Shown here in pieces: positions 18,897 through 29,312 of a stretch of DNA of 64,000 nt. The stretch's first letter is position 1. The number at the start of each line of letters is the position of its first letter. The notes under the pieces are model-generated. The model worked only from the letters and a program-made list of their open reading frames with translations, had not been told where the DNA came from and did not search any database. The DNA is taken from NCBI GenBank assembly GCA_040220235.1, contig JAVJTO010000030.1; one strand, written 5' to 3'. This stretch comes from Coleofasciculus sp. B1-GNL1-01. Its GTDB lineage: Bacteria > Cyanobacteriota > Cyanobacteriia > Cyanobacteriales > Coleofasciculaceae. The position numbers and the translations under genes are program-made.

Positions 18897-19670
18897 TTAA
18901 GGTAGGAATCCTAATCTTAAATAAGAAGAATAATTAGATTTACCATTAAACCAAATCCGGTTTATTTTTCTTTTTTCAGTTCTTTTGAAGCTAGTTCTAC
19001 CATGTAAAACTTTTGTGTTGTCAAGAATTAGTATTTGATTGCGCTTAAGTTTTAAAATAGTTTGATGTTGAGGATTAGAAATAAAATCTTTAATTAAATT
19101 AAATAACTTAACAGCTTGAGGTTTTACTAAAATTCGTGCAGCATGGTCTGACCGGAAAGCCATTTGTACTCGACCATTTTTATACTCAAAGACAGCTCTT
19201 GTAGCAGTTTTTTTATTTCTTGTTACCGTAAAAACATCAGGTTGAAATAACATTAAAATATCATTAGGAGCTATCTGATATAAATATTCATATATGAGTT
19301 TAGCATTAATCAACTGAGTTAAGCCACCGCGATTAGCTGCAATTTCGCACTGCATAGCTATTACTTTTGGTGGATTTGTTTCAAATGAACCATCAGTATG
19401 TAATGATAGTGTTTGATTAGTTGTATTGACATATTGAGGATTATTAAAAATTGGCATAATAGGTACTACACCGTCATTGCAAGAATGATCATGGTATACT
19501 ATTTTTCCAAAAAAATTAGACAAATACAATAAACTTTCCCTATTTTTATAAATATCTTGGCACTCAATTATTAAAAAACCTGAATCATTAATAGTTTTTA
19601 ACATAGACAAGCACTCTGTTTCTTGCATATGCATCACATTTTCCACTTTAATTGAAACAATATGTGGCAT
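18897..19670 (-). CDS. TauD/TfdA (clavaminate-synthase-like) Fe(II)/2-oxoglutarate dioxygenase
   Basis: LHTDG HxD motif; DNTKVLHGR distal His; RKINRIW Arg; very AT-rich gene. Confidence 0.85.
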   Translation of the reverse strand: MPHIVSIKVENVMHMQETECLSMLKTINDSGFLIIECQDIYKNRESLLYLSNFFGKIVYHDHSCNDGVVPIMPIFNNPQYVNTTNQTLSLHTDGSFETNPPKVIAMQCEIAANRGGLTQLINAKLIYEYLYQIAPNDILMLFQPDVFTVTRNKKTATRAVFEYKNGRVQMAFRSDHAARILVKPQAVKLFNLIKDFISNPQHQTILKLKRNQILILDNTKVLHGRTSFKRTEKRKINRIWFNGKSNYSSYLRLGFLP

Positions 19671-19743
19671 AATAAATTATATTTCACTAACATTTCATAA
19701 AATTAATTTTGCTTAATAATTTAATTGGATAAAAATAAATAAT

Positions 19744-20982
19744 TCATCCTTTTATTTGACCATTATACCCCATTGCTCGTGCATTTACACCAAGTACACG
19801 TAGTAGTCCTTCTGAATCAGCATGATTGTAATTTCCAACAGCTTCAAGAGAAGAATTTTCTTGAGAATATAAGGAATGAGATACATGGTTAGCGGATAGA
19901 AAAGAGATATTTCCTTTATAAAGAGACACACCTATTGTTCCTGTAGCCAGTTCAGCTATGTGTTGAACAGCTTGAAGTGCCATCTGGGTAGTTAAATCAA
20001 ACCAATAACCTTGATAAGTTTGTCTACCAATTAATTTGGATAGCTGATCAAAGAACTCGCGAGCACGCCGATCCAAAATTAATTGGAGCAACATTTCATA
20101 ACAGGTGCCAAGTAGTTCCATACCGGGACTTTCATAAATACCGCGTGATTTGACTCCTACGAAGCGATTTTCAATCACATGAGTAGCGATCCCTATTCCA
20201 TGCCGTCCACCAATTACATTTGCCTGAAGAATTGCATCAAGTAAGGTAACAGGCTGACCATTGATTATAAGTGGACGTCCATGCTCGAAGCGTACAACAA
20301 ATTCTTCCGGTTTCTCTGAAGCATCTAACGGATGGCAACCCATAACAGGTTTAACAACATTGGCAGGAGTCGTAAGTGATTCAAGTAATCCTGCTTCGTG
20401 AGTTAGACCAAGCAAATTTGCATCTGTTGAGTAAGGTTCCTCCTTTGTGGCAGTTATGGGGAGCTTCCGTTCTTTACAGAAATCGATCATTTCGCTACGA
20501 CCACGAAAACGCTTTAGAAAGGCTTCGTCACGCCAAGGAGCATACACTTCAAAATCAGGAGCAAGCATATTAGTTATAATCTGAAAACGAACTTGATCGT
20601 TACCACGTCCTGTTGCTCCATGGCTAAGGATAGACAATCCTCTTTTTCGCATTTCTGAAATAAGGGCTTTCACGAGTACACATCTAGCAATTCCGGTGGT
20701 GTTCCAGTAGCTTCCTTCATAGCGAGCTTGAGATTGTATTACATAAAGACCAAATTCTGCCAATAATTCCTGGGCGGATAACAAAACAAAATCATCTGCT
20801 CCGCAACTAAGCATTCGACAGCGAATAACTTCCAAATCTTTTTCATCAGGTTGTCCTAGGTCGGCTGTAAAACACACAACACGTACACCTTTATCTGTAA
20901 GCCAACGTGTTATGGTGCAACTATCAAGACCACCTGAACCAGCAAAAGCAATAGTTTTCCCTTTTATATCTTGAACATTCAT
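19744..20982 (-). CDS. argG: Argininosuccinate synthase family protein (atypical, probably a second copy)
   Basis: SGGLDS, ADLGQ, HGATGRGNDQVRF, YSTDANL and ENRFVGVKSRGIYESPG motifs. Confidence 0.9.
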   Translation of the reverse strand: MNVQDIKGKTIAFAGSGGLDSCTITRWLTDKGVRVVCFTADLGQPDEKDLEVIRCRMLSCGADDFVLLSAQELLAEFGLYVIQSQARYEGSYWNTTGIARCVLVKALISEMRKRGLSILSHGATGRGNDQVRFQIITNMLAPDFEVYAPWRDEAFLKRFRGRSEMIDFCKERKLPITATKEEPYSTDANLLGLTHEAGLLESLTTPANVVKPVMGCHPLDASEKPEEFVVRFEHGRPLIINGQPVTLLDAILQANVIGGRHGIGIATHVIENRFVGVKSRGIYESPGMELLGTCYEMLLQLILDRRAREFFDQLSKLIGRQTYQGYWFDLTTQMALQAVQHIAELATGTIGVSLYKGNISFLSANHVSHSLYSQENSSLEAVGNYNHADSEGLLRVLGVNARAMGYNGQIKG

Positions 20983-21034
20983 GCCTGTTTTTCCTCTATA
21001 GGTGAATTACTAAACTGGTTTCGTAAAGATTTTA

Positions 21035-21262
21035 AGTAGTCGGACATAAATAAGCGGTACTACAGCATTTCTCAGTCTAGTGAGGTACCGTAACAAAACG
21101 ATGTTAGCCTCTGTGAGCGCAAAAGTCTTATTCTCAATGTACCTCACCAGCATAGAAAACGCTGTATGTCAATACATAAAAACTATTGTAAACTTTGACG
21201 CCCAAGGATTTGAGCGATGTTTACAAAAAATACACAGTGCCGAAAACCTTTGTCCGACTACT
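21035..21262. mobile_element. MITE containing a nested second MITE (21063-21164)
   Basis: Outer element TA|AGTAGTCGGACA..TGTCCGACTACT|TA; inner element TA|CAGCATTTCT..GTGAGGTAC...GTACCTCAC..AGAAAACGCTG|TA. Confidence 0.8.
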
Positions 21263-21339
21263 TACAGATGGAGATTAGGTTTCAGCCCTTTAGGTTCATT
21301 ATAATTCTACTTTCTCCTCAGAGTCAAAAAATTTGCTAG

Positions 21340-22047
21340 TCCGTTGCTTGGAATAATCCTGCTATCCCCTACCTGATCAGTCCCCGTCGCACCACTCTAC
21401 TCAATAATAAACCGACATTTCGTTGGCATCCTGTAGCCAACGCCACCCGCTACAAGGTACGTGTTAGGGGTGAGGATGTAGATTGGCAAACTCACGTCAA
21501 TGACACCGAAATAACGTATTCGGGTGAAACCCCCCTAACACCGGGCGTGTATTATTTATGGACAGTAGAAACTCGCGATCGCGGTTCGTTTGAGGAAAAT
21601 ATACCTGAACTTGGTTTCAGAATCCTGGATAGCCAAACCCAAGCCCAAATCAAGACAGCCGCCTCCCAAATTCTCGCCAATAATCAACTCAACCCGGAAG
21701 CCAAAGCCCTATCCTTGGTCAACCTTTACCTTAGCCACGACTTGAAACAAAACGCCATTGAAACCCTAGACGATTTAGTCAGTCAAGGAAACCCAACCGC
21801 CGCTATTTATCACCAACTGGGTAAACTCTATCGACAAGTGGGATTATCTCAGCTTGCCCTACAAAACTATCAGAAAGCCCTTGAACTCGCGGCTAGCCAA
21901 GATACCGATATTCCCGCCCTCGTTGCAGAAGACTTAAGCGAATTTTACACCGCATTGGGGGAAATAGAAAAGGCTAGGAAATGGTACAATCAAGCCCTAG
22001 CCCACTATGAAGCGTTAGGGGATGTCCAATGGGTGAATGAACGGTAA
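21340..22047 (+). pseudogene. 5'-truncated TPR-containing protein remnant
   Basis: The open frame extends upstream of the listed ORF (WNNPAIPYLISPRRTTLLNNKPTFRWHPV..) without a proper start; C-terminal TPR-like helices (YHQLGKLYRQVG..YQKALELA). Confidence 0.65.
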
Positions 22048-22163
22048 AAAGAAGATCGAACTTGATAACGAAAGTATTTCTACTTCCCCAGCTCCCAGAC
22101 GCGCCATGGCACGTCTCTACATTGCTTCCCCTGCTTTTCAGCTTAAGTTGACACCAATGTATA

Positions 22164-22308
22164 TAGCATTTGTAAATGAGTTGTAAACCTAGGAGGACTT
22201 TTCTTAGATTACTTAAAAACTCCGTATCTCTTTCCCCTATTGCCTATTGCCCATTGCCCATTGCCTTTTTATCAGGTTCCTGTGTTCACGACCCAAATGA
22301 AAACGCTA
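22164..22308. mobile_element. MITE (TAGC..GCTA termini, TA duplication)
   Basis: TA|TAGCATTTGTAAATGAGTTGTAAA ... TTCACGACCCAAATGAAAACGCTA|TA, with internal (ATTGCCY)n. Confidence 0.65.
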
Positions 22309-22326
22309 TATCAACTCGCCCCTCAC

Positions 22327-23673
22327 TTATTCACAAGATTGTTGTGTCCCATCGGGCAGAATGGCGTTACAGAGATTCGCTTGGTTAAGATTAGCCCCCT
22401 CTAGATTAGCCCCCCTGAGATTCGCCTCTTGTAGATTTGCCTTCTGCAAATTCGCCCCCGCTAAATTAGCATTACTCAAATCGGCTTGAAACAAGGTTGC
22501 TTCCTCAAAGTTCGTGTTTTGAAGGTCAGAATTGTACAGGCTTGCACCACTCAGATTCACATTGCGGAAATTTGCTCCGTTTAAATTAGCATTAAATAAA
22601 TTAGCACCCCGTAGTTCACGTTCCTCAGCCCCTTGATTCACAATTTCCCAAACCAAACGCCATTTGGAGTCAAGGGTCGTCTCTTCATTAATTTTTGCAG
22701 TTCTCAGATTAGCATTTTCTAGATTAGCCCCAGCTAAATTAACATTTCCGAGTTCGGCATTCCTTAAGTTGGCATTGGTTAAATCGGCATTACTCAGGTC
22801 AGCATAGCGCAATTCCGTATTAGTCAACTGAGTACCTTGCAGATTAGCGCCTCGTAAGTTGACAATAAATAAATACGCTTCAGCTAAATTCGCATTTTCT
22901 AAATTTGCGTTTTCCAAATTCAACCCTTCTAAATTCGCACCTGACAAATCCGCCCCTGCTAACGCTTGTCCGGCAATTCCTTGATTAACCAACTCCCAAA
23001 CAAATAACCATTTGTCATTCAAAACCGTTTGACTATTAAATTGGGTTCCCCTTAAATCGGTGCGAAATAACTTGGCATTTTCTAAGTTAGCGCCTTTGAG
23101 GTTTACCCCTCTTAATGAGGTTCCTTCTAAATTAGCGTCACCGAGATTGGCTCCTTCTAGAGATGCATTAGCTAATTTAGCCTGTCTTAAATCGGTTTCC
23201 TGTAAATTGCTACGAGTCAGATTAGCATTCTGTAATGAAGCATTCATCAGGTTTGCTTTCCGCAAATCGGCAAATTGTAAGTTAGCATTCTGGAGATTAG
23301 CGTCTTCTAAATTCGCCTCTTGTAGATTAACTTTAAGAAGTTTAGACCGAAATAAATTAGCGTTAGCGAGTCGAGCATTCCGGAGATCTGCATCCTCTAA
23401 ATTTGCCCCAGAAAGTCGGGCTTCCCGTAAGTCAGCTTCTCTTAAATCGGCTTCAACTAAGTTAGCACCTTCAATATTGAACCCCCTGAGATTCCGCTTC
23501 CTCAAACGCACTCCCCGCAGATTACAAGTCGGACATTCTCCTTCATCTAAAAGCTTTTCTACATCTTGATCCTTGGCGGCTTGCACGGAATTGCTGAGAC
23601 ATAGCAGGGTAACTAGAGCGATAGTTGTAAAGCTGGTGGCTAACGGGAGGGTTTTGATCGTGGATAAACGCAT
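22327..23673 (-). CDS. Pentapeptide repeat protein with signal peptide
   Basis: A(N/D)Lxx repeats; hydrophobic N-terminus ending in VQA; CPTC motif. Confidence 0.92.
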   Translation of the reverse strand: MRLSTIKTLPLATSFTTIALVTLLCLSNSVQAAKDQDVEKLLDEGECPTCNLRGVRLRKRNLRGFNIEGANLVEADLREADLREARLSGANLEDADLRNARLANANLFRSKLLKVNLQEANLEDANLQNANLQFADLRKANLMNASLQNANLTRSNLQETDLRQAKLANASLEGANLGDANLEGTSLRGVNLKGANLENAKLFRTDLRGTQFNSQTVLNDKWLFVWELVNQGIAGQALAGADLSGANLEGLNLENANLENANLAEAYLFIVNLRGANLQGTQLTNTELRYADLSNADLTNANLRNAELGNVNLAGANLENANLRTAKINEETTLDSKWRLVWEIVNQGAEERELRGANLFNANLNGANFRNVNLSGASLYNSDLQNTNFEEATLFQADLSNANLAGANLQKANLQEANLRGANLEGANLNQANLCNAILPDGTQQSCE

Positions 23674-23964
23674 AGAATAGTTAGTATAGATAAGTATTTA
23701 CTATAGCAATCTTAAATTGTATTGTACAAATCCTTCCACCTGATCAGGGGCTACGAGTTATACAGGTTAGTGCGATCGCGCCTTTAATCAAAAGCCTGTA
23801 AACCCCTTTGGCTACAGATGCAGCGGGGTAGCAAGAGAGAGTGCGATCGCCTAAGTCAGCCATGGATTCTCTGGCGGCGGAACTCTACCCTTTTCCCGTA
23901 ATATTGGTAATCAATTTTAAACCAGCAGGTAAAAAAACTCGAATTCAGAATTTATTAACCCATT

Positions 23965-24183
23965 GTAGGGGCGGGTTTAGGGACTCAATTGGGCTGGTTA
24001 CCGATAACTGAACAACAAAACCCGCCCTTTATTCAATGGCTTGCAATTCTCACCTGAATATCGGTGAGTTACCCCGCCCTTTATTCAATGGCTTGCAATT
24101 CCCACCTGAATATCGGTGGGTTACGGCGGATAGTTGATTAAATAATTATTGCCTGAATTAAATTCCGCCTAACCCACCCTACG
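23965..24183. repeat. Cluster of GTAG REP-like palindromes with an internal 52-bp tandem duplication
   Basis: CCCGCCCTTTATTCAATGGCTTGCAATTCYCACCTGAATATCGGTGRGTTAC occurs twice (24021, 24073); terminal CCGCCTAACCCACCCTAC. Confidence 0.75.
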
Positions 24184-24202
24184 ATCCTACGATCCCGCCA
24201 CT

Positions 24203-25837
24203 TTAAAATCGCAATGTGGTTCGTATTGTGCCAATGAAGACATCATCGTTATCGCTATTATGATCCGGTGCAGTTAGCCAAATTATCCCTGGTGTAATTG
24301 TAATATTATCGGTTAACTTATACTGGTAGAATGCTTCTAGATGTAGGGAGGTACTCGGATCATCAATGCCTAAATTCTTCAAACCATCGCTCCCGGTAAC
24401 TTTGGGTTCCATCCCGATAATAAATCCGCCTAGATTGCCAGTTTTGCCGAAATCGGGTAAGGCTAATGTTAGCGCCCAATACCACAAATTAGCATCCCCT
24501 TCATCAATAACATTGGCTTTGGTATAACCCGCCCATCCTCCAACCACAAATCGGGGATTAAGTTGTACGGAAGCGGCGAGGTTAACGGAATTGGTAACGA
24601 CGGGCAAATCTAATTGATTGACTAAATTAGTGTCTTGACTACCAACTTGCCAGTCTTGGTTATACGCATTAACATAGGTCAAGCCAATCGTGGCGCGATC
24701 GCGAATCTCAAATTTGACTTGGGCTAATGCGCCATAAGCCCCATCAAATAAGCCGTTACCGGGTTCCGGATTTCCGCCATTCCCAGCTAAATAGCCTAAG
24801 CTAACTTCTAACTGATCATTTACGGCGTGTCTTACCCCGACACCCGCCCCACTAACTAAATAATAAATCGGCGCACGAGTAGCAAAGCGAGATACCGCCC
24901 CACTCGCGCCATCCCCATCCAGGTAAGGGTTAATTGTATCCGTAAAGTCATCCGCCGCCCCAGCATTTGCCGCGATAACCACTTGCGTCTGATTCCCGAT
25001 CGGGAAACGGTACAATAAAGCATCAATCTCTAAGTCACTATCGCTAGCCCCAGTAAAAGATAGTTCCCCTTCCGGTGTACCTGTGCGACGTTCCAGACGC
25101 CCTAATCCTTCCGCTTGTAGTCGAGTTCGCAGTAAATCTTCACCCGTGAAACTCGTGTCTAAATTTAAGCGGGTACGATGTCCTAATGTGGTAACAGTAT
25201 CATCCTCAGAAACAATCCCCGCCGCGCCAATAATCACTTCTCCATCCAGTTGAGTTGTTGTCGAAAATTGGGTCAGTTCTAGTTCTCGAGTTCGGGCGGT
25301 TAAGGCGTCTACATCACCCCGTAGCAGGGAGAGTTCTAAAACAAATTCATTGGTTAACTGTTCTAGTGTGGCTAAGTCTGCGGGAGGAACATCGCGCCCC
25401 CTGGCAATTAAGGATTGGATTTGATCTAAAGCCTGACGTAATCCGGCGGCAAATTCGTAGCGAGTCATTGACCGATTGCCTCGGAATGTACGATCAGGAT
25501 ACCCTGTGAGTATGCCATATCGTTCAATGAGCGATCGCAAGGCAGTATATGCCCAATCACTGGGCTGTACATCCCGCAACTGGGAAACATTCGTCACTTG
25601 ACCTAAGCTATTATTATTCCCGTACTGATTAATTGGGTCTAAACGATTCTCAGTCGGATCACTCGACTCATTCCCTATTGTTTCTGGACTCTCTAAGGTT
25701 TCCCCTAAAACACAAAACTCCCCCGCACCCCCACACCCTTGCACCTCAACCTCTTGTGCCGTAACAGTTCCAGCCCACACTACCCAAAACGCGATCGCTG
25801 TATTCATCCACAGCAGTTTCGGCAAAATTTGATCCAT
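24203..25837 (-). CDS. Cyanobacterial SLH-domain outer membrane porin (OprB/SomA-like)
   Basis: QVTNVSQLRDVQPSDWAY..GYPDRTFRGNRSMTRYEFAAGL SLH motif; QFSTTTQLDGEV; C-terminal RTTLRF. Confidence 0.93.
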   Translation of the reverse strand: MDQILPKLLWMNTAIAFWVVWAGTVTAQEVEVQGCGGAGEFCVLGETLESPETIGNESSDPTENRLDPINQYGNNNSLGQVTNVSQLRDVQPSDWAYTALRSLIERYGILTGYPDRTFRGNRSMTRYEFAAGLRQALDQIQSLIARGRDVPPADLATLEQLTNEFVLELSLLRGDVDALTARTRELELTQFSTTTQLDGEVIIGAAGIVSEDDTVTTLGHRTRLNLDTSFTGEDLLRTRLQAEGLGRLERRTGTPEGELSFTGASDSDLEIDALLYRFPIGNQTQVVIAANAGAADDFTDTINPYLDGDGASGAVSRFATRAPIYYLVSGAGVGVRHAVNDQLEVSLGYLAGNGGNPEPGNGLFDGAYGALAQVKFEIRDRATIGLTYVNAYNQDWQVGSQDTNLVNQLDLPVVTNSVNLAASVQLNPRFVVGGWAGYTKANVIDEGDANLWYWALTLALPDFGKTGNLGGFIIGMEPKVTGSDGLKNLGIDDPSTSLHLEAFYQYKLTDNITITPGIIWLTAPDHNSDNDDVFIGTIRTTLRF

Positions 25838-26152
25838 TTTTCGGTTTCTCCTTATGTCCGGTTGAATACTTCAGTAGGTGGGGACAATTAAAGTTAACGG
25901 TGGAGATTGTCATTTGTCATTTGTCATTCGTCATTCGTCATTCGTCATACTCACTGTCGCGAGAAAGCAAGCTACGTCTTATGTCTTATGTAAGGGTTTG
26001 AGGGTTGTTTATATAACTCCACCCCCTAACCTCTACTGTATCAGTTCAATAAGTGGATTGGTTTTTATCGTATCAAGGCTTATTTCTAGGACTTTATCAA
26101 CCTTTAATCGTCGATTCCAGCTATTATCCCTAAATGATCGAAGTTTTTTCTT

Positions 26153-28240
26153 TCAAAACACCGTCCGCGATTCCAAATTTGCCTCGATATCCTGACGAGT
26201 CCGCCAAACCGATCGCAATTCTTTGCGGGCATATAAAGGTAACTGATCCCCAATATGCCTAGAACCCGGTTGTGTGGCATTGCCATAAACGGTGAGTACC
26301 CTTGCCTTAACTGGATCAGAAAACTCGATCGCGGCAATATAACTATCCCCAGCTACTGATTGCAACCCTGTCTCATTCATCGGTGCAAAATTAATCACCT
26401 GGAAACTGCCCAACTGCCCAGACGCGCCACTTCCCGGTAAATCCACATCCCCATACTTTAATCGTGCCCTCTCACCCCAAGGGATATCTAACCTGCCATA
26501 CCCTGATTTAACCCTAGCGGCGGCTTCTGCTAAAACCTCCACCGCCGCCACCGGATCTGCCAAACTATCAGGGGTAGTCAGAGGCGATTGAGGATTCCAA
26601 CCTGTAGCAAACTGATTCGTATTCGGCATTAACTGTACCCAAGTGGCAAACAAAACCGTCCCTCGACTGTCTGCATTTGCCTGTCGATCCCAGTTGGCTA
26701 ACACATTCGCGGCTTCATTGGCTAACTCGTCCCCCGACTGTCGTGTTGCAGCAATTAAGTCATCGAGTATCCGATCTGCCAATTCTAGACGCGAGGAGAA
26801 TTTTCGGGCAATCATCTCCTCAAAACTAATTGGATTCTCCCTGATCAACATTTTTGCCGATCGCTGGGCGCGGAAATTCATAGATTGGGGTGCCATGTAG
26901 GGCGGATAATCATCAGGGTTAATCGCTTGGGGGAATGTAGTCGTCCAAGGTGGATCATTGGCATTTTGTAACCAACCCGTTTCTGGGTCAAGGATGCGAG
27001 GTAAATCTTGATAGGGATGATACTTTGTCCATAAGGTTTCAGAGGTATCGCCAGGAACCACACCCTGCCAATACTGCCAATCTCCCTGAGAACGCACTGG
27101 CACTTGACCATTAAATATATGCAAAATATGCCCGTCTCGGTCAGCATAGAGGATCGTGAACATGGGCAGTTGCAAACGGGCGACGGCTGTCTCAAACTCT
27201 TGGCGATTACGCGATCGCACCATATCCCACAACTGTGCCATTAACTGAGGTTGGTCTAACCCCACCACCCGCAACGCGATCGCATTCCCCTCCTGCTGCG
27301 AAACCACAAAACCATGAATCGACCGCCGAATCACCAATTCCTGTTCCGCTAATGTCCCATTTTCCTGCTTTACCTTTAGAGTTTGGGTTTCGGTTGCAAA
27401 GGGGCGAACTTGCCCATCAAACTCATACCCCCCATCCGCCAGCGTGAGTTCATAAGCCGTCCAACCCCGATGAGTGTTTACTGTGGCTGTCCAACCCAAC
27501 TGATCATTAAACCCAATGGATAACATCGGCATTCCCACCAACGCCGCCCCATACGCATCAATCCCTGGGGCGGTTAACTGGGCTTCGTACCAGAGGTAAA
27601 AATTCGACCAGGGTAAGTGTGGATTCGCCAGTAGCATCGCATTCCCACTCGCCGAATGAGACGGTGCGATCGCCCATCCATTAGAACCCGCTTGAGACCC
27701 TCCCGATTGCAACGATTCTAAACGCTGGGGATTCACCACAAAATTAAAATGAGTTACCCGCTGTAAATGTGCCAACACATCAACCCCATCCACAGGCAAC
27801 ACCACCTTGACCTTATCGTCAATTTGGTCATCATGTTCGGCAGCATACCGATTAATCCCCGCCGCAAAGCTATCCAGATAACGCCGCATCGTCAGATCTT
27901 GCGCTTCGTACCATTCCTGCGCCCTGGCGGGAATGCCCATAGTGCGGACATACTTATCCGAGTCCAAATAATCTTGCCCCCAATACTCGGCTGCCTTACC
28001 CCGTGCCTGTCCATATAACCTTAGAATAAGATTGCCATGACTTGCCGCTTGCGCCCAACCAAACGCCTGGAATAGATTCTCTGTATTATTACCGTAAATA
28101 TGCGGTACGCCCCACCTATCCCAAAGAATCTCAGTTTGATTGTCTCCAGTCACTGGACGGTAAATTCCCCAGGCTACAGTAAAAATCACCGTCAGCACTA
28201 TGACGAGCAAAACTGAAAATCTTTTGTTCAATCGGGACAT
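26153..28240 (-). CDS. Penicillin acylase family (S45, Ntn-hydrolase) acylase, exported
   Basis: WDRWGVPHIY; GSNGWAIAP (Ser nucleophile); LANPHLPW; QNAND; N-terminal hydrophobic segment. Confidence 0.92.
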   Translation of the reverse strand: MSRLNKRFSVLLVIVLTVIFTVAWGIYRPVTGDNQTEILWDRWGVPHIYGNNTENLFQAFGWAQAASHGNLILRLYGQARGKAAEYWGQDYLDSDKYVRTMGIPARAQEWYEAQDLTMRRYLDSFAAGINRYAAEHDDQIDDKVKVVLPVDGVDVLAHLQRVTHFNFVVNPQRLESLQSGGSQAGSNGWAIAPSHSASGNAMLLANPHLPWSNFYLWYEAQLTAPGIDAYGAALVGMPMLSIGFNDQLGWTATVNTHRGWTAYELTLADGGYEFDGQVRPFATETQTLKVKQENGTLAEQELVIRRSIHGFVVSQQEGNAIALRVVGLDQPQLMAQLWDMVRSRNRQEFETAVARLQLPMFTILYADRDGHILHIFNGQVPVRSQGDWQYWQGVVPGDTSETLWTKYHPYQDLPRILDPETGWLQNANDPPWTTTFPQAINPDDYPPYMAPQSMNFRAQRSAKMLIRENPISFEEMIARKFSSRLELADRILDDLIAATRQSGDELANEAANVLANWDRQANADSRGTVLFATWVQLMPNTNQFATGWNPQSPLTTPDSLADPVAAVEVLAEAAARVKSGYGRLDIPWGERARLKYGDVDLPGSGASGQLGSFQVINFAPMNETGLQSVAGDSYIAAIEFSDPVKARVLTVYGNATQPGSRHIGDQLPLYARKELRSVWRTRQDIEANLESRTVF

Positions 28241-28438
28241 TCTCAATTAAAATAAACGTCGATATTTTTGTACGACTATAAATTATAGACCTTATTTGTT
28301 TAATCAACCACAATAAATTGTAAACTATTCCTTGAGGCTGAGTTCCTTCTTTAATACACCATTTTAGGGGCAATGCGTTAAACTAGACATTAGGTTAATA
28401 ATGGCAACCTAAACATCTCTAAAAATAATAGAACATTA

Positions 28439-29227
28439 ATGTCCACTGCTTTAATTACTGGAGCGTCGGCAGGGCTGGGGGCTGCATTTGCTCAGGAACT
28501 CGCTAAACAGTCAACCGATTTAGTTCTTGTCGCTCGTTCCCAAGACAAACTACAGCAACTTGCCCAAGATTTACAAGCCACATACGGGATTCAAGTTGAG
28601 GTTATTCCCCAAGATCTTACCGCACCTGATGCCGTCCCACACGTCTTTGAAATAGTCAATCAGAAAAATATTTCCATTGATTTACTGATTAATAATGCTG
28701 GGTTTGGCGACTACGGTGCCTTTAGTCAGACTGCTCGGCGTAAACAGCTAGAGATGATTCAGCTTAATGTCCTGGCGTTGGTAGACTTGACTCATCACTT
28801 TCTCCCGCAGATGCAACAACGAGGTTCTGGAAGTATTATTAACCTCTGCTCAATTTCTGGGTTTCAACCGCTCCCGTATCTATCAATCTATTCAGCAAGT
28901 AAAGCCTTTGTGCTTAGTTTCAGTGAGGCGCTTTGGGCAGAAAATCAGCATACGGGTGTTAAAATTATGGCAGCTTGTCCTGGACCAACGGAAACGAACT
29001 TTTTCACCACAGCGAATTTTGCCGAATATGCTCCTGATAGTTTAAAACAGCAACAAACCGATTCCCCGGAGGTAGTGGTTCAGGAAATTCTCCAGGCTCT
29101 AGACGCTGATGATTGTACGGTTGTGCCAGGGCGGTGGCAGAATAATTTTATCGTTAATCTGCCGAGATTCTTTCCCAGAAAAACTATGGTACAACTTGTT
29201 GAACAACAGTTTCGTCCTCAAAAATAA
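28439..29227 (+). CDS. SDR family oxidoreductase
   Basis: TGASAGLG, NNAGFG and YSASK motifs. Confidence 0.95.
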   Translation: MSTALITGASAGLGAAFAQELAKQSTDLVLVARSQDKLQQLAQDLQATYGIQVEVIPQDLTAPDAVPHVFEIVNQKNISIDLLINNAGFGDYGAFSQTARRKQLEMIQLNVLALVDLTHHFLPQMQQRGSGSIINLCSISGFQPLPYLSIYSASKAFVLSFSEALWAENQHTGVKIMAACPGPTETNFFTTANFAEYAPDSLKQQQTDSPEVVVQEILQALDADDCTVVPGRWQNNFIVNLPRFFPRKTMVQLVEQQFRPQK

Positions 29228-29312
29228 AGAAAAAGGGAACAGAGAACAGGGAACGTGGGAAGCAATGTAGAGACGTAGCATGCTACGTCTGGGAGCTGGG
29301 GAAGTAGAGATA

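Noticed and set aside
11360..20982. Known cyanotoxin cluster (saxitoxin, cylindrospermopsin, guanitoxin)
   Set aside because: No PKS/NRPS, PLP enzymes, kinase or methyltransferases are present, and the guanidino enzyme looks ArgZ-like rather than SxtG/CyrA-like.
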